From NCBI GenBank assembly GCA_049516875.1, contig JBEKSS010000004.1, forward strand, positions 32,001 through 96,000: a stretch of 64,000 nucleotides of DNA, written 5' to 3'. How positions within the stretch are numbered: the stretch's first letter is position 1; each line of letters starts with the position of its first letter. Shown one piece after another: positions 10,438 to 21,203 of this stretch. The notes beneath the pieces were generated by a model, which was not told where the DNA came from, did not search any database, and saw only the letters and a program-made list of their open reading frames with translations. The position numbers and the translations under genes were made by a program. The stretch comes from Candidatus Bathyarchaeia archaeon (GTDB lineage: Archaea; Thermoproteota; Bathyarchaeia; Bathyarchaeales; Bathycorpusculaceae).

Positions 10438-10661
10438 AAGATTTTTCAATGGTGCCGAGGTGGGGTCGCACAATTAGTCCATACCTCCTCGGCTGACTCG
10501 TTCAACGTAGCCATTGATGAGTGGATGGCGGAGGCGCGTTGTGTGGTTTCGGAAGTGTCGCTCTTGAGTATTGATTCAGTGTTCGTAATTGTTTTATTAG
10601 TGCAGCACTTCCACGTTAACCGTCGACATTTCACAGAGTCACACGTAGGAGGATGAAATGA

Positions 10662-13319
10662 ATGAATCAGCGCACTGTTGAGTCTGGCCCAGAGGTAGTT
10701 GTTGATCTGAGTGAGAAGAAGCCGATTCGTGTTTTGCACGTTGACGATGAAGTTGGCCTGTTGAAGATATCTAAACAATGCCTGGAGATGCAGGAATCAT
10801 TTCAAGTACATACGGCGTCTTCGGTAGATGAAGCCATGGAGAAGATGAAGAAGCAATCGTTCGACGTCTTGGTTTCTGACTATCAAATGCCCGGGAAAAA
10901 TGGCCTGCAGTTTCTACAAGAGCTCAGACAAAAAGGTGACAGCACACCCTTCATTATTTTCACTGGAAGAGGCAGAGAGGAAATAGCTGTCAAAGCATTG
11001 AACCTCGGTGCTTCTCAATACTTGAGCAAGAATGGGAATCCAGAAACCGTTTACTGTGAACTCGCCCACGACATTCAACAGGCTGCAAAACGTTCAAGAG
11101 ACGCCATTGAACTCAAAAAGGCAGAACGGAGGCTCTTTGATGAACATGCGAGGCTACTGAACATATTCTCGGCCTCTCCTTCTGCTATTATCGTCATTGA
11201 CTTGAACGGCAAGATTACAGAGTGCAATGAGCAAGCGCAGAAGCTATTCGGGTATCTATCAAAAGACGAGATTATTGGCAAGAATGTCTTCAGCTTCATC
11301 GCAGAGAAAGACAGAGAAAGGGCGACGGAGAACGTAGACAGAACCCTAAAGCAAGGCATATTGAGAAACATCAGATACTTCATTCTCAATAGAGATGGTC
11401 ATGAATGGTTAGCATTGGTTTCTGCAAGCGTCATACAAGAACCCTCCGGCAATCCTTCCGGTTTTGTAATCGTAGCTGAAGACATCACAGAACGTAAGCA
11501 GGTGGAACAGGAGCTTCACCGTTTTTCCGTTGCAATCAAGACCTCACTTGACGGCGTCATATCAGGTGACTTAAATGGGAACATTGCCGATGTAAATGAA
11601 GCTGCACTCAGAATGTATGGAGGCACCGACAAAAGCGACCTGATAGGAAAAAACGTGATTGACCTTCTAGTTGAAAGGGACCGAACGCGGGCGCTACACG
11701 ACTCGATGGAATCCATGAGGACAGGACGGGGCAAGACAGTAGAGTACTGCGCCCTCACAAAGAGCGGCATTGAAATTCCAATAGAGATAACAACGGCATT
11801 CATGAAAGAAGAACAAGGCGAGCCGACAGGGTTCGTGGACATCATTCGAAATACAGCTGAACGAAAAAAAGCAGAGTTAGCACTTAAGGAATCAGAGGCA
11901 AGATACCGTTCATTGGTCGAACAATCACTGGCGGGAATAATCATCGCTCAGGGACCTGCTGTACACGCAGTTTTCGTGAACAGGGCAATGACCGATATTT
12001 GGGGGTATACTGTTGAGGAATTCTGTTCCTTGCCGCAGCAGCAGATAGAAAAAATGATACACCCTGAAGATCGAAGCCTATTTTTCAAGTCTTTTGAGCA
12101 ACGCTTGGAAGGGAAAAACGTGCCTTCGCATTACGAATTTCGGGCACTTCGCAAGGATGGCAACGTCATCTGGCTGGAAATATCCGCTGGACTGATTGAG
12201 TACAATGGGCGACCTGCCGTGCAAGGTATATTTACAGACATCACAGAACGCAAGAAAATGGAAGAGTCTTTGAGAGAGAACAAAGAGAAATTCGAAGGTT
12301 TGTTCACGGGCAACCCCGAAGCCACGGTATACCTGAATCCGGATTTCCACATTCTAGACCTTAATCCCCGCTTCGCAGAACTATTCGGATATTCTCTGGA
12401 GGAAGTCAAAGACAGACACATTGACAATGTCTTAGTTCCCAAGAACATGATGGAAGAAGCTGAGATGTTGGACAAGAAGGCAATTGACGGGTATGTCTAT
12501 CACGACACTGTCAGAGCCAGAAAAGACGGGTCTTTAGTTGCCGTTTCGATTTCTGCTGCACCGATTCTAATACAAGGCCTGCTTGCAGGTTACATTGGCG
12601 TGTATAAGGATATTTCCGAGTTGAAGAAGACAGAACAACAGTTGGCCATGATGAATGAAAAGTTGCGAGTTGTAGGCGGCTTAACTAGGCACGATGTGAG
12701 GAACAAGCTGTCCACGATCACGGGAAATGCTTACATGTTAAAGAAGCAATTGGCAGACAACAAAGAGGTTCTTGACGAAATCAGAGATATGGAGAAAGCC
12801 GTTTCGCAAGTGACGAGGATCTTTGATTTCGCCAAGGACTATGAGATGTTGGGCGTCGAGGAACTGACATACATTGACGTGCAGAAAAGCGTGAACGAGG
12901 CCGCCCAGCTCTTCTCGGATTTAGACGGAGTGAGGATTTTGAACGAATGTCACGGTTTGACTGTCCTGTCGGATTCACTGCTGCAGCAGCTTTTCTATAA
13001 TCTGATCGATAATTCACTGAAGCACGGCGAAAAGCTGAGCCAGATTAGGATTCACTACGAAAAAGCTGAGGGAAACCAGCTCAGACTAGTCTATGAGGAC
13101 GACGGCGTAGGCATATCTCAAGAAGCTAAACCCAAGCTTTTCAGCGAAGGCTACACTGCTGGGAAAGGTTCAGGCTATGGGCTATACTTGGTGAAAAGGA
13201 TGATGGAGGTATATGGCTGGACGATTCAAGAAACTAGCATCCCAGGCATAGGAGTTCGCTTCACTATAGTTATGCCTGAGAAAAACCAAAACGGCAAAGA
13301 AACCTATCAACTTCACTAA
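10662..13319 (+). CDS. Hybrid sensor: receiver + 4 PAS + histidine kinase
   Basis: LHVDDE/SDYQMP receiver, four PAS/PAC repeats (e.g. EDITERK, TDITERK), RHDVRNKL H-box, NLIDNSLKHG, DDGVG, GYGL. Confidence 0.95.
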   Translation: MNQRTVESGPEVVVDLSEKKPIRVLHVDDEVGLLKISKQCLEMQESFQVHTASSVDEAMEKMKKQSFDVLVSDYQMPGKNGLQFLQELRQKGDSTPFIIFTGRGREEIAVKALNLGASQYLSKNGNPETVYCELAHDIQQAAKRSRDAIELKKAERRLFDEHARLLNIFSASPSAIIVIDLNGKITECNEQAQKLFGYLSKDEIIGKNVFSFIAEKDRERATENVDRTLKQGILRNIRYFILNRDGHEWLALVSASVIQEPSGNPSGFVIVAEDITERKQVEQELHRFSVAIKTSLDGVISGDLNGNIADVNEAALRMYGGTDKSDLIGKNVIDLLVERDRTRALHDSMESMRTGRGKTVEYCALTKSGIEIPIEITTAFMKEEQGEPTGFVDIIRNTAERKKAELALKESEARYRSLVEQSLAGIIIAQGPAVHAVFVNRAMTDIWGYTVEEFCSLPQQQIEKMIHPEDRSLFFKSFEQRLEGKNVPSHYEFRALRKDGNVIWLEISAGLIEYNGRPAVQGIFTDITERKKMEESLRENKEKFEGLFTGNPEATVYLNPDFHILDLNPRFAELFGYSLEEVKDRHIDNVLVPKNMMEEAEMLDKKAIDGYVYHDTVRARKDGSLVAVSISAAPILIQGLLAGYIGVYKDISELKKTEQQLAMMNEKLRVVGGLTRHDVRNKLSTITGNAYMLKKQLADNKEVLDEIRDMEKAVSQVTRIFDFAKDYEMLGVEELTYIDVQKSVNEAAQLFSDLDGVRILNECHGLTVLSDSLLQQLFYNLIDNSLKHGEKLSQIRIHYEKAEGNQLRLVYEDDGVGISQEAKPKLFSEGYTAGKGSGYGLYLVKRMMEVYGWTIQETSIPGIGVRFTIVMPEKNQNGKETYQLH

Positions 13320-13423
13320 TGGGCAAGTTCAGCCACAACAGTAAGCCCTAACCTTCTTTTCAAAACAGCCAGACTTCTGTCTAGCTGTGCGCGCTAAGAA
13401 ACCACGTGAACACGTCCAAGAGG

Positions 13424-14218
13424 CTATGCGGAAGGGATTAGCTTGATCTCGAAAATGCGGGGCCACATCTTTCCGGTGACCAAGAGCCTGCCCCCGTTAG
13501 CGTCGTATGCAATTCCGTTCAGCACGTTATTTGGATCCTGATTTTTCAAGCCCTGAATACCCGTCAAGTCAACCCACGCCGTAACTTGGCCATTCTGCGG
13601 ATTGATCACAGCGATCTTCTCTTCTCCCCAAACGTTTGCGTAGACCGTCCCGTTTATGTACTCAAGCTCGTTCAACTCATTGACAGGTCCAGTATCGTGC
13701 ACCGCCACCTGTCCGACTCTTTGGAAAGTCACGGGATCCAGAAAGTAAAGGTTCGCCGTCCCATCGCTCATTATCAGCCGACTGCCATCGTACGTTAACC
13801 CCCACCCCTCAGTGGGATATTCAAACTCCTGCAACAAACCAAAACCAGCCCTGTCATACACGAAACCCACGTGCGACCGCCACGTCAACTGAACAATTTT
13901 GTCCCCCACGACAGCGATACCTTCACCAAAATACTGAGACTGCAAACTCAGAAGCTGCAAAACTCCACCAGTCTCCAAATCCACGCGGCGCAGACTAGAG
14001 TTGCCATAAAGCCCCGTACTCTCATACAGAAAACCACCGTCAAACACCAGACCCTCCGTGAAAGCATCCGTGTCATGAGGGTACACATTGACAACGCTAT
14101 AGGTGTAGTGCAGCACCGTAGAATTCGCAGGCTTGTTGTTCACCCAAACGAGAAGGACGGCGGGAAGCACGATAATTAACGCGACAATCACCACGCCTAC
14201 CTTGCGCCACGACACCAT
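13424..14218 (-). CDS. Glutaminyl-peptide cyclotransferase (bacterial/plant type), membrane anchored
   Basis: N-terminal TM; YPHDTDAFTEGL, YFGEG, EGWGLT, LNELEY, VLNGIAY, TGKMW. Confidence 0.92.
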   Translation of the reverse strand: MVSWRKVGVVIVALIIVLPAVLLVWVNNKPANSTVLHYTYSVVNVYPHDTDAFTEGLVFDGGFLYESTGLYGNSSLRRVDLETGGVLQLLSLQSQYFGEGIAVVGDKIVQLTWRSHVGFVYDRAGFGLLQEFEYPTEGWGLTYDGSRLIMSDGTANLYFLDPVTFQRVGQVAVHDTGPVNELNELEYINGTVYANVWGEEKIAVINPQNGQVTAWVDLTGIQGLKNQDPNNVLNGIAYDANGGRLLVTGKMWPRIFEIKLIPSA

Positions 14219-14292
14219 CAGAAAGCCTCACTCCATTCCTACGCCACCAAGACTTTGAAATACCTGCCTTCCAACTTTCAACTGTTTTGCCC

Positions 14293-14958
14293 TCATCTGA
14301 GCCTTGAGCCAGCTGACTTGGGGTCTCGGGCCACTCGAGCGCGCGTGTACAGGTGTCTGAACGCTGGCATGAACAGAGTGAGAATCCACAGTATGAACCT
14401 TATGCGGATGAAGGAATTGCCCACCGATATCCCCAAAGACCAGAAGACTGGTATTATGGATACGAGGAATATTGTGGTAGCTAGTAGCTCGAAATTCCTG
14501 AAGCGCCTGTATGTCAGCAGAAGGCTTTGGGGAACGAGCTTCTTGTCTTCGTCAGCGAGAGAATGGGTGAAGAACGCCAGAATCAAGAACAGCCCTGCAA
14601 GATCAATTGCGTAAAGGACAGACACGTTCTCAGCGAATGCTGAAGTGGAGGACCCAAGAATCTGGTTGAAGAGGAAGGGCTCTATTGAAACGAGGAAGAG
14701 CAGCACAATGTTGAGGTCAACGAGTCCTGCGGTCTCGACAGGAAGCAGATCCATCGTGTGCGTATACAATCGCCACACGTTTATCAGGATTAGGAAGCTG
14801 AACCCATAATAAAATAGGGAAATGAGAAGATTCTGGAAGTCCGAGGCTTGTTGACCTATCAGAGTCAGGGCGCCGATTGAGAGGGCCAACCCGAAGATAA
14901 GGTCAGAAAGAGACTGTATGCGCGGCCTCGGCCTGAAGCTTGAGTGTTCCTCGTTCAC
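14293..14958 (-). CDS. TMEM175/DUF1211 family potassium-channel-like membrane protein
   Basis: RIQSLSDLIFGLALSI matches the RxxxFSD helix-1 motif; about 6 TM segments. Confidence 0.8.
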   Translation of the reverse strand: MNEEHSSFRPRPRIQSLSDLIFGLALSIGALTLIGQQASDFQNLLISLFYYGFSFLILINVWRLYTHTMDLLPVETAGLVDLNIVLLFLVSIEPFLFNQILGSSTSAFAENVSVLYAIDLAGLFLILAFFTHSLADEDKKLVPQSLLLTYRRFRNFELLATTIFLVSIIPVFWSLGISVGNSFIRIRFILWILTLFMPAFRHLYTRARVARDPKSAGSRLR

Positions 14959-15159
14959 ACAAGTAACTTCCTTTTTGAGTTTGGCATTGGCAAGAATTCA
15001 GCAAACACCATGAATATATTGTTTGTTGCAAACTGAAGCGCGCTCAGTTGTCGGTTCAGCCTAAACCTGCATGCTGAAAAGCCCCTCTGGTCTCCCCCTC
15101 AGAAGCGCCTACTAAAGTTTATGAACTCAGTTCGGACACTACGTCACAGGTGGAGAACG

Positions 15160-16665
15160 ATGACGTTGCAAGAATGGACGATTTCTGAAATGCAATCAAT
15201 GATGACCACAGGCAAGTTGACATCGCGTCGCCTCGCCGAGCTTTATCTGGAGCGGATTAACGCGATAGACAGTAACGGTCCAAAAGTGAACGCCGTCATA
15301 GAAACGAACCCCGACGCCTTGGCTATCGCGTCATCCCTCGACAATGAGCGACGCCGCGGCAAAACGCGTGGATCACTCCATGGCATTCCTGTCCTCATCA
15401 AAGACAACATCGACACACATGACCGAATGCAGACCACATCGGGTTCGCTTGCGCTCGCAGGGCACATCGCACCCCGTGACGCGTTCATCGTCAAGAAATT
15501 GCGTTCAGCAGGCGCAGTGATTTTAGGCAAGACCAACTTGAGCGAATGGTCGAATTTTCGCGGCAAACGCTCTGTCAGTGGTTGGTCGTCTCGTGGCGGA
15601 CTCACACGCAACCCCTACGCGCTTGATCGTTCCGCTTGCGGTTCGTCATCGGGTTCAGGCGCGGCGGTGGCGGCAAACCTGTGCGCAGCTGCGATTGGCG
15701 CTGAAACCGATGGCTCGCTTATTTGCCCGAGTCAAACGAATGGCATTGTTGGAATCAAACCTACGCTTGGCTTGTGGAGTCGAAGCGGTATGATTCCTGT
15801 TGCCCACAGTCAAGATACGGCTGGTCCCATGGCGCGCACTGTCGCGGATGCGGCGATTCTGCTCGGGGCACTGACTGGAGTTGATGAAGGGGATTCAGCT
15901 ACAAGGCTTAGCAAGAAGCGAGCGTTCGAAGACTACACTCAGTTCCTTGATAAGAACGGCCTCAAGGGCGCGCGGATTGGCGTTGCAAGAAGAATGGTTG
16001 GAACCGATAAACGCATCATCAAGATTTTTGAGTCGTGCCTTGATGTGATGAAGCAAATGGGAGCGGTAATTGTTGACCCAGCCGATGTACCCAACTTCAA
16101 AAAACTCCACAAGACCGAGATGGAGGTCTTGTATTACGAGTTCAAGACAGATTTGAACAAATATCTCGCGAGCACGAAGGCCCGCGTGAAAACGCTGGCC
16201 GAAGTCATCAAGTTCAATGAGGAAAACAAAGGCCGTGTGATGCCGTATTTTGGGCAGGAAGATATGGAGCTCGCACAAAAAAAGGGCTCACTGCATGACA
16301 AAAAGTACCGCGACGCACTTGCAAAGAATCACCGTCTGACACGCAAAGAAGGCATCGACGTGACCATGCGAACACACAAACTCGATGCAATCGTCGTGCC
16401 ATCAGGCGGTCCATCATGGACCATTGACTTGGTCAACGGCGATGCCATTAATTGGGACATGGATTGTACGTCACCAGCTGCAGTGGCAGGGTATCCACAC
16501 ATAACCGTGCCTGCGGGATACATCTTTGGTCTGCCAGTCGGCATTTCGTTCTTTGCAAAAGCATGGCAGGAACCCACACTCATCAGGTTGGCTTACGCGT
16601 TTGAGCAAGCAACGAAGGTTCGCAAGCCGCCAGAGTTCAGGCCAACAGCAAGCCTAAACCCTTGA
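15160..16665 (+). CDS. Amidase (amidase-signature family)
   Basis: LHGIPVLIKDNIDT, GKTNLSEW, CGSSSGSG, GAETDGS; start ATG 15160 after GGAG (ORF track starts at 15121). Confidence 0.93.
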   Translation: MTLQEWTISEMQSMMTTGKLTSRRLAELYLERINAIDSNGPKVNAVIETNPDALAIASSLDNERRRGKTRGSLHGIPVLIKDNIDTHDRMQTTSGSLALAGHIAPRDAFIVKKLRSAGAVILGKTNLSEWSNFRGKRSVSGWSSRGGLTRNPYALDRSACGSSSGSGAAVAANLCAAAIGAETDGSLICPSQTNGIVGIKPTLGLWSRSGMIPVAHSQDTAGPMARTVADAAILLGALTGVDEGDSATRLSKKRAFEDYTQFLDKNGLKGARIGVARRMVGTDKRIIKIFESCLDVMKQMGAVIVDPADVPNFKKLHKTEMEVLYYEFKTDLNKYLASTKARVKTLAEVIKFNEENKGRVMPYFGQEDMELAQKKGSLHDKKYRDALAKNHRLTRKEGIDVTMRTHKLDAIVVPSGGPSWTIDLVNGDAINWDMDCTSPAAVAGYPHITVPAGYIFGLPVGISFFAKAWQEPTLIRLAYAFEQATKVRKPPEFRPTASLNP

Positions 16666-16735
16666 TTCGCTTGCACGACAGGCGCGCGCTAAAAAACGAA
16701 ATCTTCTTTAGGTATATCTTAACTTGCTTGTGAAT

Positions 16736-17164
16736 TTATTTCGAGGGCATACTAGGCATCACACCGAGCTGTCGCATTATGGTTAGCGCGTTATAATAAT
16801 CAGTCTCTCGCCTGATCTTACCATTGTGAATTTCAATTATCGATGCGCCTCCAACCGAAAAGCGTTTTCCGGTCGCCGGTATCGCTGGATTGCTGCTATG
16901 GGCCTGAGTGCCTGTCATGGTCCATTCCCAAGCTACCCAATTGCCAGTGTCAAACAGCGACTTCGATTCGAATCGCACATCAGGAACATCAATAAAAGTT
17001 GATTTGCAGAAGGCGACTAATTCCTTCTTGCCGTGGCAGACTACGCCCAGACCATTGTCCTCTAAAACACAATCATCTGTATAGAAGGAGATTGTCTTAT
17101 CCAAGTCGTGTGAATTCCATGCGGCAGCCCAATCTTTTATTATCTTTTCAATATCATTTGTCAT
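16736..17164 (-). CDS. SnoaL-like/NTF2 ester cyclase family protein
   Basis: AAAWNSHDLD, EWTMTGT, IPATGKRF, GKIRRETDYY. Confidence 0.9.
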   Translation of the reverse strand: MTNDIEKIIKDWAAAWNSHDLDKTISFYTDDCVLEDNGLGVVCHGKKELVAFCKSTFIDVPDVRFESKSLFDTGNWVAWEWTMTGTQAHSSNPAIPATGKRFSVGGASIIEIHNGKIRRETDYYNALTIMRQLGVMPSMPSK

Positions 17165-17246
17165 CTTTAGACCTCTGATCTATACTTCTCTGAAGCGATT
17201 GTATTATATATATAACTTTTCCTTCCAAATTTGTTCGCACGAAGCG

Positions 17247-17399
17247 TTGGCGCGCGCTTAGAGAGGAACACAAGAAAGAATAGAAAGTGAAGGTAAGTGA
17301 ACGTAACGTTTTAATCGTAACGGCAACAATGCACTGCTAACACTCGCTTCACTCTCTGTTCGTTCGTTTCGTTCGCTATAGTAACAATACGCGCGCCAA
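17247..17399. repeat. ~153-bp imperfect palindrome bounded by a perfect 10-bp IR TTGGCGCGCG
   Basis: TTGGCGCGCG 17247-56 / CGCGCGCCAA 17390-99; inner arms GAAAGAATAGAAAGTGAAG vs revcomp GAACGAACAGAGAGTGAAG. Confidence 0.8.
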
Positions 17400-17423
17400 T
17401 ATCAAGAATCAATACTTATTTTG

Positions 17424-17600
17424 CTCAAACACAAGTACTCCCACACCAACACAAGAAACTCAACACCCAAAACTTTTGACACTCAAAAACTAGGCGGAAT
17501 TGAGTAAAAAAAGCACGGAACCAGCATGCTTCAACAACGTTTTGACACTCAAAGAAATCACGGATTGAGTACTCAAACACAAGGGCTCGAATTTCAACAT
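17424..17600 (+). repeat. ACTCAA-box dispersed repeat, copy 1
   Basis: TTTTGACACTCAAAAACTAGGCGGAATTGAGTAAAAAAAGC...TTTTGACACTCAAAGAAATCACGGATTGAGTACTCAAACACAAG; closely matches 29577-29798 and 35745-35870. Confidence 0.9.
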
Positions 17601-17750
17601 TCAAGCGAAAGGCTTCGACCATGTTGACCCTGCAGGCCTTAGCTCGTCATTGAATCCACGATTTTCCTACAGCCCGCGCTAAAGAAACTTCAAAAGCCAA
17701 TGTAACAAAGTTAGGCGCGCACGAGCTCGACAAGCGTGCCGAGGGAAAGC

Positions 17751-18086
17751 CTAACCCTTCGCTTCTTCACCCTCGTCTTCAGCTTCACCCTCGTCTCCAG
17801 TTTCACCCTCGTGTGCAGCTTCACCTTCGGGCGTAGGTTCTGTGGACGGTCTAGGATAAAGTATGCCGAAAGCCAGCAGCAGAAATCCAAACCCAACAAG
17901 AGCTCCTGTGGGAACCGTCACCAACCCCATGAAATCACTGAAGGACATACCCTGCGGGATAATGGAGCCGATTGGAGGCCAAGGTTCCCTTAAATAGTTC
18001 CCAACAGTCTGCAAGACCCACAGCGTCATAATCATGCCAACACCATCCATCACCAGTCCAACAGCCAGCACAAGTTTTCTAAGCAT
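17751..18086 (-). CDS. Small 2-TM membrane protein with acidic repeat tail
   Basis: SD GGAGGTGA upstream; two hydrophobic helices; C-terminal (EGExxx)4 encoded by 18-bp tandem repeats. Confidence 0.75.
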   Translation of the reverse strand: MLRKLVLAVGLVMDGVGMIMTLWVLQTVGNYLREPWPPIGSIIPQGMSFSDFMGLVTVPTGALVGFGFLLLAFGILYPRPSTEPTPEGEAAHEGETGDEGEAEDEGEEAKG

Positions 18087-18186
18087 ATTATCGCCTCGTC
18101 ACCTCCTTTCTTCATTGTATTTCATTATATTTAGATTGTGGGAAATAGAACATAGTTCTAGAAAAAAAATTGAACAGAAATCCTGT

Positions 18187-18381
18187 CGCGCGCGCTCAGC
18201 GTTAACGGAAACAAGCCTTGAAAGTTGAGGAAAAGGAGGAAATTGACTTGGTTTGTTTTGGTTGGTTGGATTAAAATTCTATCCCCAACACAACCAACAA
18301 GGACCTCCTGACTCCACCATTCAGTTCTCACCTCAGAAAACAACATCAACGAGCAGCAAATTTTTTTAACGGCGGAACGCG
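18187..18381. repeat. ~195-bp degenerate palindrome starting with the (GC)4 motif
   Basis: CGCGCTCAGCGTTAA vs revcomp CGCGTTCCGCCGTTAA at the ends; AGGAGG/CCTCCT and GTTGGTTGGAT/ATCCCCAACACAACCAAC arms. Confidence 0.6.
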
Positions 18382-18451
18382 TATTAATAAACAAAGGCGT
18401 TTTCAAGCCAAAATTCACTACATTCTTGTAGCGAAGACTTCAGGCAAGGTA

Positions 18452-19630
18452 ATGTCAGAATTGTCCACAAAACCTCGAGTTCCAGAATCGAACGAAGAAT
18501 ACGTTGCCTTTCTAGGCACATACACTCCTAGAGAATGCGGAATAGCCACCTTCACGAAAGACCTAATCGACTCCATAGACCGCCTCGGTGAATTCGCCCC
18601 AGCCCGAGTCATAAGCGTAAACGAAATAGAGACAATCTACGACTACGACAGCCGAGTCAAACAACAGATAAGGCAGGATTTCGAAGAGGATTACATTCAA
18701 GCCGCCAAGTACATCAACTCATCCCGAATCAACGCAGTAAACCTACAACACGAATTCGGAATATACGGAGGAGAATGGGGAAAGTATATCCTCTCCTTCC
18801 TACAAAACGTACACAAACCAGTCATAACCACACTCCACACACTCCAACCAGACTTTGAACCAAAAGCACGAAACGTGCTGAAAGAAATCACCGCTCACAG
18901 CAAAGCAATCGTGGTCATGGCAAGAGCCGCCAAGAACATTCTCAAGGAATACGACGTCCCAAACAAGAAAATCAACGTCGTCCAACACGGTTGCCCAGAC
19001 ATCCCCTTCTTAACCAGTGACAGCGTAAAACCTTCGCTGGGTTTGAAAGGAAGAACCATCCTGTCCACTTTCGGCCTAATAAACGGAGGCAAAGGCATCG
19101 AGTACGCCATCCAAGCACTCCCACCCCTAGTTGAAAAACATCCAAACATACTCTACCTAATAATCGGCGAAACACACCCCGAAGTAAGAAAAATCGAAGG
19201 CGAAACCTACCGCATGAACCTCATCAAACTAGTCGACCAACTGGGGCTAAAGAACCACGTCAGATTTCACAATCGCTTCCTAACAAAAAGGGAACTAATA
19301 AGGTACCTCCACGCCACAGACATCTACATCACACCCTACATCGGCCCAAACCAAATCAGCAGCGGCACACTAGTCTACGCTCTAGGAGCCGGCAGAGCAG
19401 TAGTATCAACTCCCTACCTCCACGCTAAAGAGGTGCTGTCTCACGGACGAGGCATGTTCTGCGAGTTCAAAAACCCAGACTCAATCGCCGAAGAGGTGAA
19501 GAAACTTCTAGAAAACGACAAACTGAGAAGAGACATAGAGAAAAAAGCTTACAGGTACAGTCGAAGCTTCATATGGCCAAAGGTCGCCCAAAAATACACA
19601 GACATACTCAAACAAGCGATACACGCTTAA
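18452..19630 (+). CDS. GT4 glycosyltransferase
   Basis: PRECGIATFT, LQHEFGIYGG, TFGLINGGKGIEY, QISSGTL. Confidence 0.92.
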   Translation: MSELSTKPRVPESNEEYVAFLGTYTPRECGIATFTKDLIDSIDRLGEFAPARVISVNEIETIYDYDSRVKQQIRQDFEEDYIQAAKYINSSRINAVNLQHEFGIYGGEWGKYILSFLQNVHKPVITTLHTLQPDFEPKARNVLKEITAHSKAIVVMARAAKNILKEYDVPNKKINVVQHGCPDIPFLTSDSVKPSLGLKGRTILSTFGLINGGKGIEYAIQALPPLVEKHPNILYLIIGETHPEVRKIEGETYRMNLIKLVDQLGLKNHVRFHNRFLTKRELIRYLHATDIYITPYIGPNQISSGTLVYALGAGRAVVSTPYLHAKEVLSHGRGMFCEFKNPDSIAEEVKKLLENDKLRRDIEKKAYRYSRSFIWPKVAQKYTDILKQAIHA

Positions 19631-19642
19631 GAGGACGCTCAC

Positions 19643-20671
19643 GTGAATCTCCCACCTATCAAACTAAACTTCCTTAAAGCAATCACAGACGATACTGGTA
19701 TCTTTCAACATTCGAAATTCGGAACACCAAATCGGCTAGAAGGATACACGACCGACGACAACGCCCGAGCCCTCATAGCCATCACCAAGCACAGCCAAAT
19801 CAAAGGTATCTCCAAATCGGACAGGTTGATAGACACATACCTAAGCTTCCTTCTGCACATGCAAAGAGCAGACGGCAAAATGCATAACTTCCTAGGCTAC
19901 GATCGAAGCTTCATCGACGACGAAGGTTCCGAAGACTGTGCAGGTCGCACCCTATGGGCCTGCGGATACGTAATAAACAGCAAGCTATCAGCGGAGAGGA
20001 GACTTCTAGCAAAAGAAATCTTCGACAAAGCCTTTCGATGGGCATGCTTCTTCAAATCCCCCAGAGCGAAAGCCTTCGCAATACTTGGCCTAAGTCATTA
20101 CCACAAGGCCTACACAAAAGACCAAAACCTAACCCAGAACATAAAGGCACTATCAGACAAACTGCTCGAATACTACGCAAACACGCGCTCCAGCGACTGG
20201 CGCTGGTTTGAACCTTACCTCACCTACGTAAACGGTAGACTCCCGCAAGCCCTTTTCGAAGCCTACCGAGAAACAAAACAAGCCAAATACATTCGAGTCG
20301 CAGAGGAATCGCTAAAGTTCCTCCTTGAAGTTCAGATACTAAACAACAAATTCGTACCCATAGGCAACCACGGCTGGTACAAAAAAGGAAAACCGCGGCC
20401 CATATACGATCAGCAATCCGTGGAAGCAGCTTCAATGACGGAAGCAGCACTGTCAGCTTACCGCGAAACAGACAACCGCCACTACAAAACAATGGCACGA
20501 ACAATCTTCAACTGGTTTCTTGGGAAGAACACCCAAAACTCCTCTGTTTACAATTCCACCACAGGCAGCTGCTACGACGGAATAACCGAAAAAGGACTAA
20601 ACTACAACCAGGGAGCCGAAGCCACCGTTTGCTACCTTTCCGCCCGCATCGAACTTCAAACTACCAAATAG
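19643..20671 (+). CDS. GT4-associated (alpha/alpha)6 glycosidase-like protein
   Basis: TDDTGIFQHS, GYTTDDNARAL, YDQQSVE, CYDG, NQGAEAT, as in the C-terminal domain of bacterial fused GT4 proteins. Confidence 0.8.
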   Translation: MNLPPIKLNFLKAITDDTGIFQHSKFGTPNRLEGYTTDDNARALIAITKHSQIKGISKSDRLIDTYLSFLLHMQRADGKMHNFLGYDRSFIDDEGSEDCAGRTLWACGYVINSKLSAERRLLAKEIFDKAFRWACFFKSPRAKAFAILGLSHYHKAYTKDQNLTQNIKALSDKLLEYYANTRSSDWRWFEPYLTYVNGRLPQALFEAYRETKQAKYIRVAEESLKFLLEVQILNNKFVPIGNHGWYKKGKPRPIYDQQSVEAASMTEAALSAYRETDNRHYKTMARTIFNWFLGKNTQNSSVYNSTTGSCYDGITEKGLNYNQGAEATVCYLSARIELQTTK

Positions 20672-20795
20672 AACGGCAAACAATATTGCCTTTATTCGCG
20701 CGGAAAGTCTCCCACACACGCGTTTTTGTGAGTCCTAAAACAGTTCGCCTTATTAGTCAAGAAAACCAAACCTAAGACAGAGGCGAAACCAGAAC

Positions 20796-21191
20796 GTGCT
20801 AATGGTAAAGCACATAATGATCGAAGACGTGGTAACCGCCAAGGTTAACATCACAATCAAAGACGTCGTCAGAACACTATACGAAAAACACGTGGGCTCA
20901 ATCGTAATAACGGACGACAACCAAAAATGCGTGGGTATCTTCACCGAGCGGGACGCCATAAGAATCATAGCCAACGAAGTCCCACTGGATACCGCCATCG
21001 ATCAAGTGATGACCAAGAATGTCGCCACAATAGGAGAAGAGGCTTCGCTAGAGGAAGCAAGACGACTCGTAATCTCACACGGAATCAGACACCTGCCAGT
21101 CGTAGACCCCAAAGGAGAACTAACCGGCCTACTCTCCGTCAGAAAACTCTTAGATGAACTCTTTGGATTTACCACGTCAAAAAACTACTAG
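20796..21191 (+). CDS. CBS-pair protein
   Basis: VGIFTERD, VMTKNV, IRHLPVVD. Confidence 0.9.
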   Translation: MLMVKHIMIEDVVTAKVNITIKDVVRTLYEKHVGSIVITDDNQKCVGIFTERDAIRIIANEVPLDTAIDQVMTKNVATIGEEASLEEARRLVISHGIRHLPVVDPKGELTGLLSVRKLLDELFGFTTSKNY

Positions 21192-21203
21192 GATACATAC
21201 AAA

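Noticed and set aside
17758-17828. 18-bp tandem repeat
   Set aside because: In-frame low-complexity acidic tail of a membrane protein, not an independent element.
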